Below, piece after piece: positions 8,400-17,476 of a stretch of 64,000 bases of DNA. The stretch's first letter is position 1. Every line of letters starts with the position of its first letter. This stretch comes from a virus (Duplodnaviria; Heunggongvirae; Uroviricota; Caudoviricetes), in IMG/VR virus record IMGVR_UViG_3300013800_000004, positions 64,001 to 128,000 of that record; one strand, 5' to 3'. The notes beneath the pieces were generated by a model. That model was not told where the DNA came from and made no database searches. It was given only the letters and a program-made list of their open reading frames with translations. A program made the position numbers and the translations under genes.

Positions 8400-10475
8400 A
8401 TGAGCGACCAGTTCCCCCTCTTCGCGCGGCTCGTTGCCGCCACCTTCCAGCACCTCTGCAAGACCAGCAACGTCTTCACGTCGGGTGTGACGGGCGACGA
8501 TCTGTACACCGCCTACATCGCGGCCTTCCCCGAGGGCACCAACCCGATCTTCAAGAAGGCGACGGAGCACGAGTGCTCGTGCTGCAAGGGCTTCATCCGC
8601 CGGGTCGGTGGCATCGTCACCGTCAACGACGATGGCCACATCAACACGGTCTGGGACGACGCGGCGGCCAAGGCTCCTGCGCCCTACAACGCGGTGGCGA
8701 AGGTGCTCCAGCAGAAGGTGCTGGCCTCCCCCATCGACAACCTGTTCCGGGTCTCTCGCAACGAGACGAGCTTCGGTGCCCAGAGCTCGCGCAGCATGGA
8801 CGCCGTCACGGGAAAGGTGACCACCTGGAACCACCTCTACACGGGGGACATCCCCTCGACGCTTCGCGTCACCTCGCCGGGCGAGGTGTGCGGGGCCTTC
8901 CGCACGACGGTGGAGGTGTTCGAGCGCGGGCTGACCGAGCTCACCCCGGAGGCCCTTGAGACGGTGCTGTCCCTGATCGACTCCAACGCCCTCTACCGCG
9001 GCTCGGAGCATCGGAGCGGTGTCGCCTCCTTCCAGAAGGCGCAGCGGGCCTACTTCAAGCTCCCCGAGGGGGGGCGGCGCACGTTCGCCTGGGCGAAGGC
9101 CCAGGACACCGCGGCGCGGTTCCGCAACACGGTGATCGGGACCCTGGTGACGGACATCTCCGAGGGCATGGAGGTGGAGCGCGCGGTGCGGTCGTTCGAG
9201 TCCAAGGTTGCGCCGACCAACTACAAGCGCACCACGGCGATCATCACCCCGGGGATGGTCAAGAAGGCCATGGAGACCCTCCAGGAGCTCGACCTGGAGC
9301 CCGCCCTGGAGCGGCGCTTTGCCACCCTCAAGGACATCTCCGTCCGCGACGTGCTGTGGGTCGACGGCGCCGCGAAGCCCCTCATGAAGGGCGGGATTGG
9401 GGACGTGCTCATGTCGGTCGCGCAGAGCGCCCGCCCGGCCGTCGTGGACGAGACCCGCGCCGAGGACATCACCCTGGACGACCTCGTGGCCAAGGTTCTC
9501 CCCGAGGCCACGGGCATGGAGGTGCTGTTCAAGAACGAGCACATCGGCAACCTGATGGCCCTGACGGCTCCGGCGAACCCGGAGCCCAAGCAGTTGTTCC
9601 GGTGGGCCAACGACTTCGCATGGAGCTACGGCGGCAACGTCGCGGACTCCATCAAGGAGCGCGTCAAGAAGGCGGGAGGGCGTGTTGACGGCGCCACGCT
9701 TCGGGTGTCCCTGTCGTGGTTCAACTACGATGACCTGGACATCCACATCTACGAGCCCGCGGGACGTGGGGCGGGGGGGTTGCGCGACCACATCTACTAC
9801 GGCAACCGGCAGGGTCGGACGGGCGGCACCCTCGACGTGGACATGAACGCGGGTGGTGGGCGCTCACGAGAGCCCGTGGAGAACGTGGTCTGGACGAACC
9901 GGGTGCCCGACGGGGCCTACCGGGTGATGGTCTACAACTACTACCAGCGGGAGACGAGCGACCCGGGCTTCGTCGTCGAGGTGGAGTGCGGGGGCAAGCT
10001 CTCCCACTTCACCTACAACAAGCCCGTGCGGACGGGGGGGGACGGCGTCACGGTCTGCACCCTCCACATGACGGGCGGGGCCATCGAGCGCGTGGAGGCG
10101 GGCGATCCGGTGATCACCTCGGCGGCCATCAAGCAGACGAAGTGGGACTTGACGACGGAGCAGTTCGTCAAGGTCAACGCGGTCACCCTGAGCCCCAACT
10201 ACTGGGGTGACAACGCGGTGGGCAACAAGCACACCTTCTTCGTCCTCGACGGGTGCAAGTGCGACGAGGACCTCCGGGGCATCTACAACGAGTTCCTGCA
10301 CCCGCGGCTGGAGCCGCACCGCAAGGTGTTCGAGGTGATCGGGGACAAGACCAAGTGCGCCCCCACCGAGGGGGGTCTCGCGGGTCTCGGATTTTCTTCG
10401 ACGAAGAAGGACACGTTCGTCGTCAAGGTGCGTAATGGAAAGGGCCAGCGCACCTACAACGTCAAGGTCGGGTAG
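8400..10475 (+). CDS. 691-aa phage protein with N-terminal EHECSCC motif and a YfaP/DUF2135-like domain
   Basis: LRVSLSWFNYDDLDIHIYEP...GGTLDVDMNAGG...PVENVVW; third codon positions almost all G/C. Confidence 0.75.
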   Translation: MSDQFPLFARLVAATFQHLCKTSNVFTSGVTGDDLYTAYIAAFPEGTNPIFKKATEHECSCCKGFIRRVGGIVTVNDDGHINTVWDDAAAKAPAPYNAVAKVLQQKVLASPIDNLFRVSRNETSFGAQSSRSMDAVTGKVTTWNHLYTGDIPSTLRVTSPGEVCGAFRTTVEVFERGLTELTPEALETVLSLIDSNALYRGSEHRSGVASFQKAQRAYFKLPEGGRRTFAWAKAQDTAARFRNTVIGTLVTDISEGMEVERAVRSFESKVAPTNYKRTTAIITPGMVKKAMETLQELDLEPALERRFATLKDISVRDVLWVDGAAKPLMKGGIGDVLMSVAQSARPAVVDETRAEDITLDDLVAKVLPEATGMEVLFKNEHIGNLMALTAPANPEPKQLFRWANDFAWSYGGNVADSIKERVKKAGGRVDGATLRVSLSWFNYDDLDIHIYEPAGRGAGGLRDHIYYGNRQGRTGGTLDVDMNAGGGRSREPVENVVWTNRVPDGAYRVMVYNYYQRETSDPGFVVEVECGGKLSHFTYNKPVRTGGDGVTVCTLHMTGGAIERVEAGDPVITSAAIKQTKWDLTTEQFVKVNAVTLSPNYWGDNAVGNKHTFFVLDGCKCDEDLRGIYNEFLHPRLEPHRKVFEVIGDKTKCAPTEGGLAGLGFSSTKKDTFVVKVRNGKGQRTYNVKVG

Positions 10476-10497
10476 GGAAAGAGAGAGAGAGAAGACA

Positions 10498-10908
10498 ATG
10501 CAGACCAGCAACATGTTCGAGACCGCCACGCGCAACAAGATCCGCTTCACCTCGGCCCGGGGGGAGCTCTCCGTGGAGCAGCTGTGGGACGTGCCCCTCC
10601 GCAGCCGGGACGGGTTCGACCTCGACGCGGTGGCCAAGGGGGCGAACAAGGCCCTGAAGGCCCTCACCGAGGAGTCCTTCGTCTCCTCGGAGCGCACTCC
10701 GGCCCACGCCAAGGCCGAGCTCACCCTGGAGATCGTGAAGCACGTCATCCAGGTCAAGCTGGCTGAGGAGGAGACGGCTCGGAAGCGCGCCGACAACCGG
10801 GTGGAGAAGGAGAAGCTCCTCGCCATCCTCGCGGAGAAGCAGGCTGGAAAGCTCTCGGAGCTCTCGGAGCGCGAGATCCAGAAGCGCATCAACGCCCTGG
10901 ACGCCTGA
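10498..10908 (+). CDS. helical phage protein, partner of the upstream gene
   Basis: MFETATRNKIRF...GELSVEQLWDVPL...LDAVAK; coiled-coil C-terminus; ATG 10498. Confidence 0.8.
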   Translation: MQTSNMFETATRNKIRFTSARGELSVEQLWDVPLRSRDGFDLDAVAKGANKALKALTEESFVSSERTPAHAKAELTLEIVKHVIQVKLAEEETARKRADNRVEKEKLLAILAEKQAGKLSELSEREIQKRINALDA

Positions 10909-10920
10909 TCTCGTCAGGTA

Positions 10921-10973
10921 AGCCCAAACAGGTACGCCCCAGCGATGGTCGCTGGGGCGTACCTGTTTGGGCT
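10921..10973. terminator. perfect 25-bp inverted repeat (hairpin), 3-nt loop
   Basis: AGCCCAAACAGGTACGCCCCAGCGA-TGG-TCGCTGGGGCGTACCTGTTTGGGCT directly after the 10908 stop; no clear U-tract. Confidence 0.7.
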
Positions 10974-11081
10974 GGACAGGTTTGGAGCACCTATGGTGTG
11001 AATGATGTTCCTATCCCCATCCACACCAGGGAGCCCGACGGCAGACTGGCCCCTTGTCGGCCATCTGTGTACCATAGGAGC

Positions 11082-11252
11082 ATGATGTCCAACGAGAACG
11101 ACGACCGGCGACCACTCTGGCAAGAGCTACTACTTCTGGCCATTCCCATCCTCCTCACGGAGGGGATCCAAGTTCTGAGAGAGCAGATCCACCGTAAGGC
11201 CAAGGAGAAGCGGAAGCTGGAGAAGAGGAGCATCCCCACCCCTCGGGCGTAA
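11082..11252 (+). CDS. small protein with a hydrophobic segment
   Basis: AGGAG before the start; LWQELLLLAIPILLTEGI followed by a basic tail. Confidence 0.65.
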   Translation: MMSNENDDRRPLWQELLLLAIPILLTEGIQVLREQIHRKAKEKRKLEKRSIPTPRA

Positions 11253-11269
11253 GATCCCCTGAGGTTCCG

Positions 11270-11785
11270 ATGTCATCTAAGACCAAGACCCCGTCCCCGC
11301 AGCCGAAGCGCCTGTACCTCGGGTACACCTCCACCTCGTCGGGAGGCGAGCCGGAGTCCGAAGAACCATACTCGTCTCGGTCCCCAACATACATCACGGT
11401 GACCTTCACCTCCCTCTCCCGAGAGAGCGGGACGTTCTTCGTACACGACATCAAGGTGTCCGACGAGGTCTACGAGGCCGACGAGGTATTCCTCGTGGTG
11501 GTTCGTTACCAGGACGGGAACAGCTTCGGCACGTCTCACGGCAACTGGGACGTGTTTGATGCGGTGGCCACCGAGGACGAGGCCATCAAGATCGCCAAGT
11601 CCATCGAGGACGGGTCTCTCGTCAAGGCCGTTGAGGCAGATCAGAAGAAGGGGATCTACCATAGGTACATCCTATGGACTGGGTACTTCAACAGCTTGGA
11701 GGGCGTGGAGATCCACTCCTTCAAGGTGGCCCAGAAGCCCCCTGACGACGAGGTGTCGCCCAAGGTCACCATCCACCGCCACTGA
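11270..11785 (+). CDS. hypothetical protein
   Basis: 171-aa ORF with class I motif at 11245-11252. Confidence 0.75.
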   Translation: MSSKTKTPSPQPKRLYLGYTSTSSGGEPESEEPYSSRSPTYITVTFTSLSRESGTFFVHDIKVSDEVYEADEVFLVVVRYQDGNSFGTSHGNWDVFDAVATEDEAIKIAKSIEDGSLVKAVEADQKKGIYHRYILWTGYFNSLEGVEIHSFKVAQKPPDDEVSPKVTIHRH

Positions 11786-11799
11786 GTAGGATACTCTCC

Positions 11800-12234
11800 A
11801 TGGACCCCACCGACCCAAAGCTCATCCAAGCCCTCATCAACGACCACATCGGGAAGCCCCGCGAGGACAACACCTCTCTGATTTTCGGGTTCCGATGGGT
11901 GGCCGCCCCAAAAGGGTTCCAGTGCCCTCGCTGCAAGGGAGCACTGGAACGGACTGTGGGGTCTATGCTGGCGAGCCCGTGGGCCGGGGGCGTCCGGTGT
12001 ACCGCCTGTGAGTACAGGCGCACAGTCTGCGGGTACTTGGGCGAGTCGATGTTTCCGGTGGAGCCCATGCCTCCCGGAGCGGTCTTGTTCTACGGCCTGG
12101 ACTCTGGTGAGCTCCCGGAGTGTGCCCACATTGGGGAGGGGTGCCATTGTCGATGTCACACTGAGCCCCTCCTGCATGACAAGGAGTGTTGCAGCCCCTG
12201 TCTTCGATGCGGGTTCAGGACGGTGGAACCGTGA
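11800..12234 (+). CDS. Cys-rich hypothetical protein
   Basis: CPRC...CTAC and a further C/H cluster. Confidence 0.65.
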   Translation: MDPTDPKLIQALINDHIGKPREDNTSLIFGFRWVAAPKGFQCPRCKGALERTVGSMLASPWAGGVRCTACEYRRTVCGYLGESMFPVEPMPPGAVLFYGLDSGELPECAHIGEGCHCRCHTEPLLHDKECCSPCLRCGFRTVEP

Positions 12235-12245
12235 CAGCCCCGACA

Positions 12246-12454
12246 ATGCCTCTGTATCAGGTGCAACTGGAGGTGGGGCCACCTTGGTGTGTTGCGAGGT
12301 GGCTACCCAGAACTTCGATGCCGTGGACGTAGCCCTCCGTCATCTGCGGAGTCAGGTACCCCGCGATGCCGTCATCCACGTCGGCGGATACTCCGAAATT
12401 GGCCAGTATCCTGCGGGGGATTCCTTGGTGGGGGTCACCACCACTTCTCGATGA
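12246..12454 (+). pseudogene. small gene interrupted by a 1-nt frameshift in a G4 run
   Basis: Adding one G at 12275-12278 gives MPLYQVQLEVGATLVCCEVATQNFDAVDVALRHL... Confidence 0.35.
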
Positions 12455-12719
12455 GGCTGTCATCCCACAGCCAAATCTCCACTGAGTAGGTCCTGATGGC
12501 ATCCCCGCGGAGACCTGTGAGGATCTCCACAAGTGCTTCCCGTTGGAACTCATTGAGCTCCTCGGGGGTGGACACGTCCCTCTCCAGGGCGAGTCGTGAG
12601 GGGAGTTCAATGGGGCTCGCGATGAGTTCCCGACTGCCCCTGTGAAGGGTGTAGGTGTCGGTGTTTCGGGTGCGATTGCGGTAGAAGATCAACAGGGGTC
12701 GTTCAGTCGTTTCGTCCAT
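12435..12719 (-). CDS. hypothetical protein
   Basis: 94-aa ORF; CGGGTAA variant of the class I motif 9 nt upstream. Confidence 0.6.
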   Translation of the reverse strand: MDETTERPLLIFYRNRTRNTDTYTLHRGSRELIASPIELPSRLALERDVSTPEELNEFQREALVEILTGLRGDAIRTYSVEIWLWDDSLIEKWW

Positions 12720-12755
12720 GTCGGGACGTTACCCGTTCTATGGCCCAGGGCTGAT

Positions 12756-13482
12756 ATGAACTCGTTTCAAGCTATGGCACGCCGCGTCGCCCAAGCCACG
12801 ATGATGGACACCCCTCGCCACTCCTGAGGCACGGGAGAAGTACCTCAAGTCCCACCCCAACGCCGACCCTGCCAAGCACACGGTCAAGAAGGACGTTCGG
12901 CACGTCCCGAAGCGCCCCTCGGACGAGATCCAGAAGGAGGTGAAGGCCATGTCCCCCTCCCAGGTGAAGGGTGAGGTCAAGAAGCTCTCCCCGGAGTTCA
13001 AGGCCCGGTTTGAGGAGGTCCACGGCCAACTCAGCCACATCAAGGACGAAGACCAGCGGAACCAGTCGGCCCTTTTGCAAGTGAAGGGTGAGGAGAACTA
13101 CGAGAGGGTCGAGACCGAGCGGAAGCCCAAGAAGAAGTCTTCTCAGGACCGTGTGGCCTACGGCCATAGCGTTCGGTGGATGCAGGAAGCTGCTGGGAAC
13201 CTGAACAAGGCGTCGGGTCGGATCAGCGACGCCGAGAGCTACATGGGCGGGAGCCTGGACCTGTTGGTGGAGGCTCTTGATCTCATCAAGATTGCGAACG
13301 CCAACGTCTCCGACGCGGACACCGAGAACTTGGTGCGGGAGGTGACCGCCCTCATTCGTCTGGTGGACTCAAACTCCCGCAGTGTCGTCAGCAAGCTCCG
13401 TGTGCTCCGGGGCAAGGTCAATGAAGCCCGTGAGCAGTACGAGGACGAGATTGCTTGGGAGATCCAGCACCCGAGCGATTGA
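12756..13482 (+). CDS. putative head/internal virion protein with a +1 frameshift at CCCC 12811-12814
   Basis: MNSFQAMARRVAQATMMDT joins LATPEAREKYLKSHPNADPAKHTVKK... in the +1 frame, which is open to 13482; CTAT motif 14 nt upstream. Confidence 0.6.
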
Positions 13483-13490
13483 GGTAGTGT

Positions 13491-13580
13491 GGGCCATTGT
13501 TCGACCGCCTGTTCGATTTGGCCATCGAGTTGTACATGGGGGCAGACCCATATTTTGACCGCAGGTATCTCCAAAGCTAA
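13491..13580 (+). pseudogene. relic copy of the 3' end of gene 13999-14400
   Basis: GPLFDRLFDLAIELYMG versus GPLFDRLYDWAIELIG. Confidence 0.55.
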
Positions 13581-13585
13581 CCTGT

Positions 13586-13600
13586 GGGCGTAATACGCCC
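13586..13600 (+). promoter_or_regulatory. palindromic class I motif GGGCGTA-A-TACGCCC directly before ATG 13601
   Basis: Seen in sequence; 7-nt gap from GGGCGTAA to ATG. Confidence 0.65.
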
Positions 13601-14002
13601 ATGGCTGACCTCAAGCGTCTTTACAGCGGTGGCAGGGTCGGGATGATCGTGGTCCTGGACTTTGCGGCCTTGGGTTCTGACAACCCGTTCAAGAAGTACT
13701 CGCAACCCGCGTTCTTCACCATCGTCGAGGACCTGACTCCTGAGCCCCGCTTCCAGGGCGCTTACGTCCTACGGGACAGCGAGGGCAACCTCATCCGTGC
13801 GACGGACATCTCGTCGTACCTCACGGAGGTGTCGGTATGGGCGGCGTACAACGCCGAGAGGTCTTCCAGTACCGCCGCGAACTTGGACCGCCAGATTCAC
13901 GACCTGTCTGTCCGGGTCGCCGTTCTCAAGGAGGTCCTGATGGGGCAGGTTGTCCGGGTGCTCACCAACGAGCAAGCCGAGAAGTTGGGGGTCAAGCCGT
14001 GA
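13601..14002 (+). CDS. hypothetical protein
   Basis: 133-aa ORF with class I motif upstream. Confidence 0.75.
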   Translation: MADLKRLYSGGRVGMIVVLDFAALGSDNPFKKYSQPAFFTIVEDLTPEPRFQGAYVLRDSEGNLIRATDISSYLTEVSVWAAYNAERSSSTAANLDRQIHDLSVRVAVLKEVLMGQVVRVLTNEQAEKLGVKP

Positions 14003-14400
14003 GCACCCCTGAACCTGAACCCGGGCCGTGGATTGAGCGCCGCTACGCGGACCTTCAACTCCACGTCCAGATGCGGGTGTGCAACTCCGCGGTGGTGGAC
14101 TACGAGGTCCGCGAGCTCTCCTTCTACGACGACGGCGAGGGGGACCCGCTCAAGTTCGTCCGCACCACGAATACGGGCGGCAGCGGGATCACCACACACA
14201 TCACCGCGGCGGACGTGTACATCCGGGGCTGGATCAAGTTCGACGGGTGCTCGCATACCAACTTCGGGGACTCCAACGGCTACATCCATGGGTGCCAGCG
14301 GGAGCACCTGACCCGGCTGGGCCCCCTGTTTGACCGCCTCTATGACTGGGCCATCGAGCTCATTGGATACGAGGAGTTCCTCCGTCCGAGCCCGCTCTGA
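13999..14400 (+). CDS. hypothetical phage protein
   Basis: GTGA overlap; GWIKFDGCSHTNFG. Confidence 0.75.
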   Translation: MSTPEPEPGPWIERRYADLQLHVQMRVCNSAVVDYEVRELSFYDDGEGDPLKFVRTTNTGGSGITTHITAADVYIRGWIKFDGCSHTNFGDSNGYIHGCQREHLTRLGPLFDRLYDWAIELIGYEEFLRPSPL

Positions 14401-14415
14401 GCGTAACGTCGGGTC

Positions 14416-17112
14416 ATGGCAACATCCACCACGATGGACCTGTTCTCTTTCCTTGAGGACTCCAAGACCCACAAGGTGGAGCCCAAGCCCTGGATGACCA
14501 CGGGGGAGTACAAGCTCCTCCGCGCCACCAACGAGACACTCCCCGGCATCATCGACGCCTGCGTCGCGAGTGGGCTGTACGCCCTCGACCTGGAGACCAC
14601 GGGTCTTGACACCCGGGTCATCGACGGCGAGACGGTCTCCAAGATCGTCGGGTGCTGCCTCTCTCCTGACGGCAAACACGGCTACTACATCCCCCTGCGG
14701 CACAAGACGGGTCAGGAGCACAACGTCTCGTGGTCGCTGTGGAAGCGGGAGATGCTCCGACTGATTCGTTCTCCCGCAGTGGCGATCTTCCACCGTGGGA
14801 AGTTCGACCAGGAGTTCCTCCAGTTCTGCGGGGGTGACCCCATCGGGGAGTGGGACGAGCCCTCCAAGTGGGAGGACACCCTCATCTTGGCGTACCTCGG
14901 GGATACCAGGGCGAAACAGCGCGGTCTGAAGTTCCTCTCCAAGACCGTCCTCGGGATGGAGATGATCGAGCTCGAAGAACTGTTCCCCGAGGACCACCCC
15001 AAGGGGAACCTGGACTTCAGCGAGCTTGACCCGTCATGGGAGCCGGTGACCCTCTACGGAGCTTCCGACGCCATCTGCACCTGGAATCTGCACCCGAAGC
15101 TGTCCCCGGCGGTGCTGGACCCGAGCGAGCATGGGGTGAAGGGCATGGGCTTCATCTACAAGATGGAGAAGCTCTGCGTGGCCAGCACCCGATGGATGGA
15201 GCGGGCTCGCATCATGACCGACCAGGACAAGGCCCGCGAGCTCATTCGCATCGGCCAGCGCGAGTGGATGGCCTCTCTGGAGGAGGTGTACGAGTCGGCC
15301 AGCACCCTGGTAGGGCGCGACATCCGGCCCGGCTACTACCGCATCCTCAGGGGCACCCATGAGGTGCCCGGAACCAAGCTGGTGTTCGACACTGAGGAAG
15401 TATCGCCGTCGTACATGGAGCGAGTGGATGTGGCCCGCGGGGTGGCGGCGAAGCTCAAGATCGACCCCATGAAGGAGAAGGGAAAGGTCGCCACCCTCAC
15501 CAAGCGCGTGGCCTCCCTCAACAAGGAGGTCAAGGGCACCGAGGACGTGGAGTTCCCGGTGGTGTACGACGTTCTCTCCGCGCAGCAGCTTGGGGCGCTC
15601 CTCAGGGAGTGCAAGGTGCCAGGGCTCACGGCGACTGAGAAGTCCGGTCAGGTGGCCACGAGCGCGGACGAACTGGAGAGGGTGCTGGAGTCCGTCGGGG
15701 ACCGTTTCCCCTTTGCGGGGAAGATCAAGCGGTTCCGTGAGGTGAGCAAGGCCCTGTCCACCTACCTCATCCCCATCATTGAGGACTGCCACTCGGACGG
15801 GTCTCTCAAGGCTGAGTTCAACGCCTTCTCCATTGAGACGGGGCGGTTCAACGCCCCGACCTCGAAGGACCACGCACGGGACGGAGGCACCCGGTTCCCG
15901 TTCCACGGGACGCCTGGGATTGCCGACAAGAAGAGGCCTGAGTGCTCCCGTCGAGTGCGGGAGTGCATTGTGGCCCGGCCCGGCAAGCGCATCGTGGCCA
16001 TCGACTTCAGCGGTGTGGAGCTCCGCATCGTGACGAACCTCTCGGGGGAGCCCAAGTGGATGCGGGAGTTCTTCCACTGTTCCGCCTGCGACTTCATGTT
16101 CGAGATGCCATCAGCGGAGAACCCCACGCCTCCCACACCACCCCCGTACTGCCCTCAGTGTGGGGGTGACAAGATTGGAGACCTCCACACCCTGACGGCC
16201 ATCTCCATCTACGGCGAGGATGCCCCGAAGAAGCCTGAGTGGAAAGTCCTCCGTGGCAACGGAAAGGGCTGCAACTTTGCCCTGTGCTACGGCGGGGGCG
16301 GCAACGCCGTGGTGACCGCCACGGGATGCGACAAGAACGAGGGGTGGCGCATCAAGGAGGCCTTTGACAAGGCATACAAGGTGCTGGCCAACTGGTGGTC
16401 AGAACAGGTCAAGTTCGCCAGGAAGCACAAGTTCGTTGTCACCGCGTTTGGGCGTCGGGGGCATCTTCCAGACATTGACCACCAGATGGGGGGGTTCCGG
16501 GCGAAGGCCGAGCGCAACGCGGTGAACATGCCCGTTCAGGGGACCAGTGCGGACATCACCAAGATCGCGATGGGCCTCATCTACAAGGAGTGCAAGAAGA
16601 GGGGCTGGCTGGACAAGGTCCACATGCTCATCACCATGCACGACGAGCTCGTGTTTGAGATTGACACGGACATCTTGGAGGAGGCTTGCGATCTGTTCGT
16701 GGGGATCATGTGCCGCAACCCCATCCTCATGGGCCTCAGGTGGGGTGTCCCCCTCACGTCCGACGTGGAGATCGGGATGAACTGGACGGTGCCCTGGGAT
16801 CTGAAGAAGCTCCGTCGAGGTGAGCAAGAGTGTCCGCCCGAGCTCAAGGGATGTTTCAAGGGCATCATGTCGGAATCCAAGAGTGACGCCCCGGCTCCTG
16901 CCCCTCAGGCCCCCATGGCAGAGACTCCTGTGCGGGTGTTCAAGGTCAAGAGCTTCACTCTGGGCGAGATTGAAGCCCTCGCCAGAGCGATTTACGTCGG
17001 GCGCCTTGCCCCTACGGCTACCCTCAAAGTGGTGGGTCCGAACGATGAAGATCTGACCGCTGCCCTCTCCACGGTGTGGGGCGGTAGGATTCCAATGGTG
17101 GGTGATGCCTGA
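14416..17112 (+). CDS. polA: family A DNA polymerase with 3'-5' exonuclease domain
   Basis: ExoI LDLETTGL, WEDTLILAY, YGASDA; IETGRFNA; motif A IDFSGVELR; motif B RGNGKGCNFALCYG; motif C MHDELVFE. Confidence 0.95.
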   Translation: MATSTTMDLFSFLEDSKTHKVEPKPWMTTGEYKLLRATNETLPGIIDACVASGLYALDLETTGLDTRVIDGETVSKIVGCCLSPDGKHGYYIPLRHKTGQEHNVSWSLWKREMLRLIRSPAVAIFHRGKFDQEFLQFCGGDPIGEWDEPSKWEDTLILAYLGDTRAKQRGLKFLSKTVLGMEMIELEELFPEDHPKGNLDFSELDPSWEPVTLYGASDAICTWNLHPKLSPAVLDPSEHGVKGMGFIYKMEKLCVASTRWMERARIMTDQDKARELIRIGQREWMASLEEVYESASTLVGRDIRPGYYRILRGTHEVPGTKLVFDTEEVSPSYMERVDVARGVAAKLKIDPMKEKGKVATLTKRVASLNKEVKGTEDVEFPVVYDVLSAQQLGALLRECKVPGLTATEKSGQVATSADELERVLESVGDRFPFAGKIKRFREVSKALSTYLIPIIEDCHSDGSLKAEFNAFSIETGRFNAPTSKDHARDGGTRFPFHGTPGIADKKRPECSRRVRECIVARPGKRIVAIDFSGVELRIVTNLSGEPKWMREFFHCSACDFMFEMPSAENPTPPTPPPYCPQCGGDKIGDLHTLTAISIYGEDAPKKPEWKVLRGNGKGCNFALCYGGGGNAVVTATGCDKNEGWRIKEAFDKAYKVLANWWSEQVKFARKHKFVVTAFGRRGHLPDIDHQMGGFRAKAERNAVNMPVQGTSADITKIAMGLIYKECKKRGWLDKVHMLITMHDELVFEIDTDILEEACDLFVGIMCRNPILMGLRWGVPLTSDVEIGMNWTVPWDLKKLRRGEQECPPELKGCFKGIMSESKSDAPAPAPQAPMAETPVRVFKVKSFTLGEIEALARAIYVGRLAPTATLKVVGPNDEDLTAALSTVWGGRIPMVGDA

Positions 17113-17476
17113 CGAAACTGAAATCCTCGACGCACACGAACGGAACTACCGACTCGACGAACTGGAGCGGAAGGTCACGACCCTCACAGAAGTGTGCGGG
17201 GCGGTGGCCGACGACACCCTGAGAGTGTGTTTCGTCTTCGACGAGATGGCCCGGGTAGGACTCCTGCCAGCCCTTCCCTGGGATGTGGCAACGGCTCTGG
17301 TAGAACTTCACCACGCCATGCAAGCTGCCAAGGAGGGGTTGACTGACGAAGCTGGTGTTCTTGCCACTCAGCGGGTGGACGAGATCAAAGCCGACGTGAC
17401 CCGCCTCCGTGACGAGTACCAGAAGCTCTGGAATAGGACTGGGGACAACGACCCCACGCGAGGCGAGCCGCGATGA
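17105..17476 (+). CDS. hypothetical protein
   Basis: Overlaps the polymerase stop; helical. Confidence 0.7.
   Translation: MPDETEILDAHERNYRLDELERKVTTLTEVCGAVADDTLRVCFVFDEMARVGLLPALPWDVATALVELHHAMQAAKEGLTDEAGVLATQRVDEIKADVTRLRDEYQKLWNRTGDNDPTRGEPR

Noticed and set aside
10481-10492. (GA)6 microsatellite as a phase-variable switch
   Set aside because: It is short, intergenic and explicable as a purine-rich ribosome-binding region; there is no evidence of length variation.
16078-16161. Intein in the DNA polymerase
   Set aside because: The insertion is only about 30 aa and has no C-terminal His-Asn or splicing blocks; it reads as a Zn ribbon.
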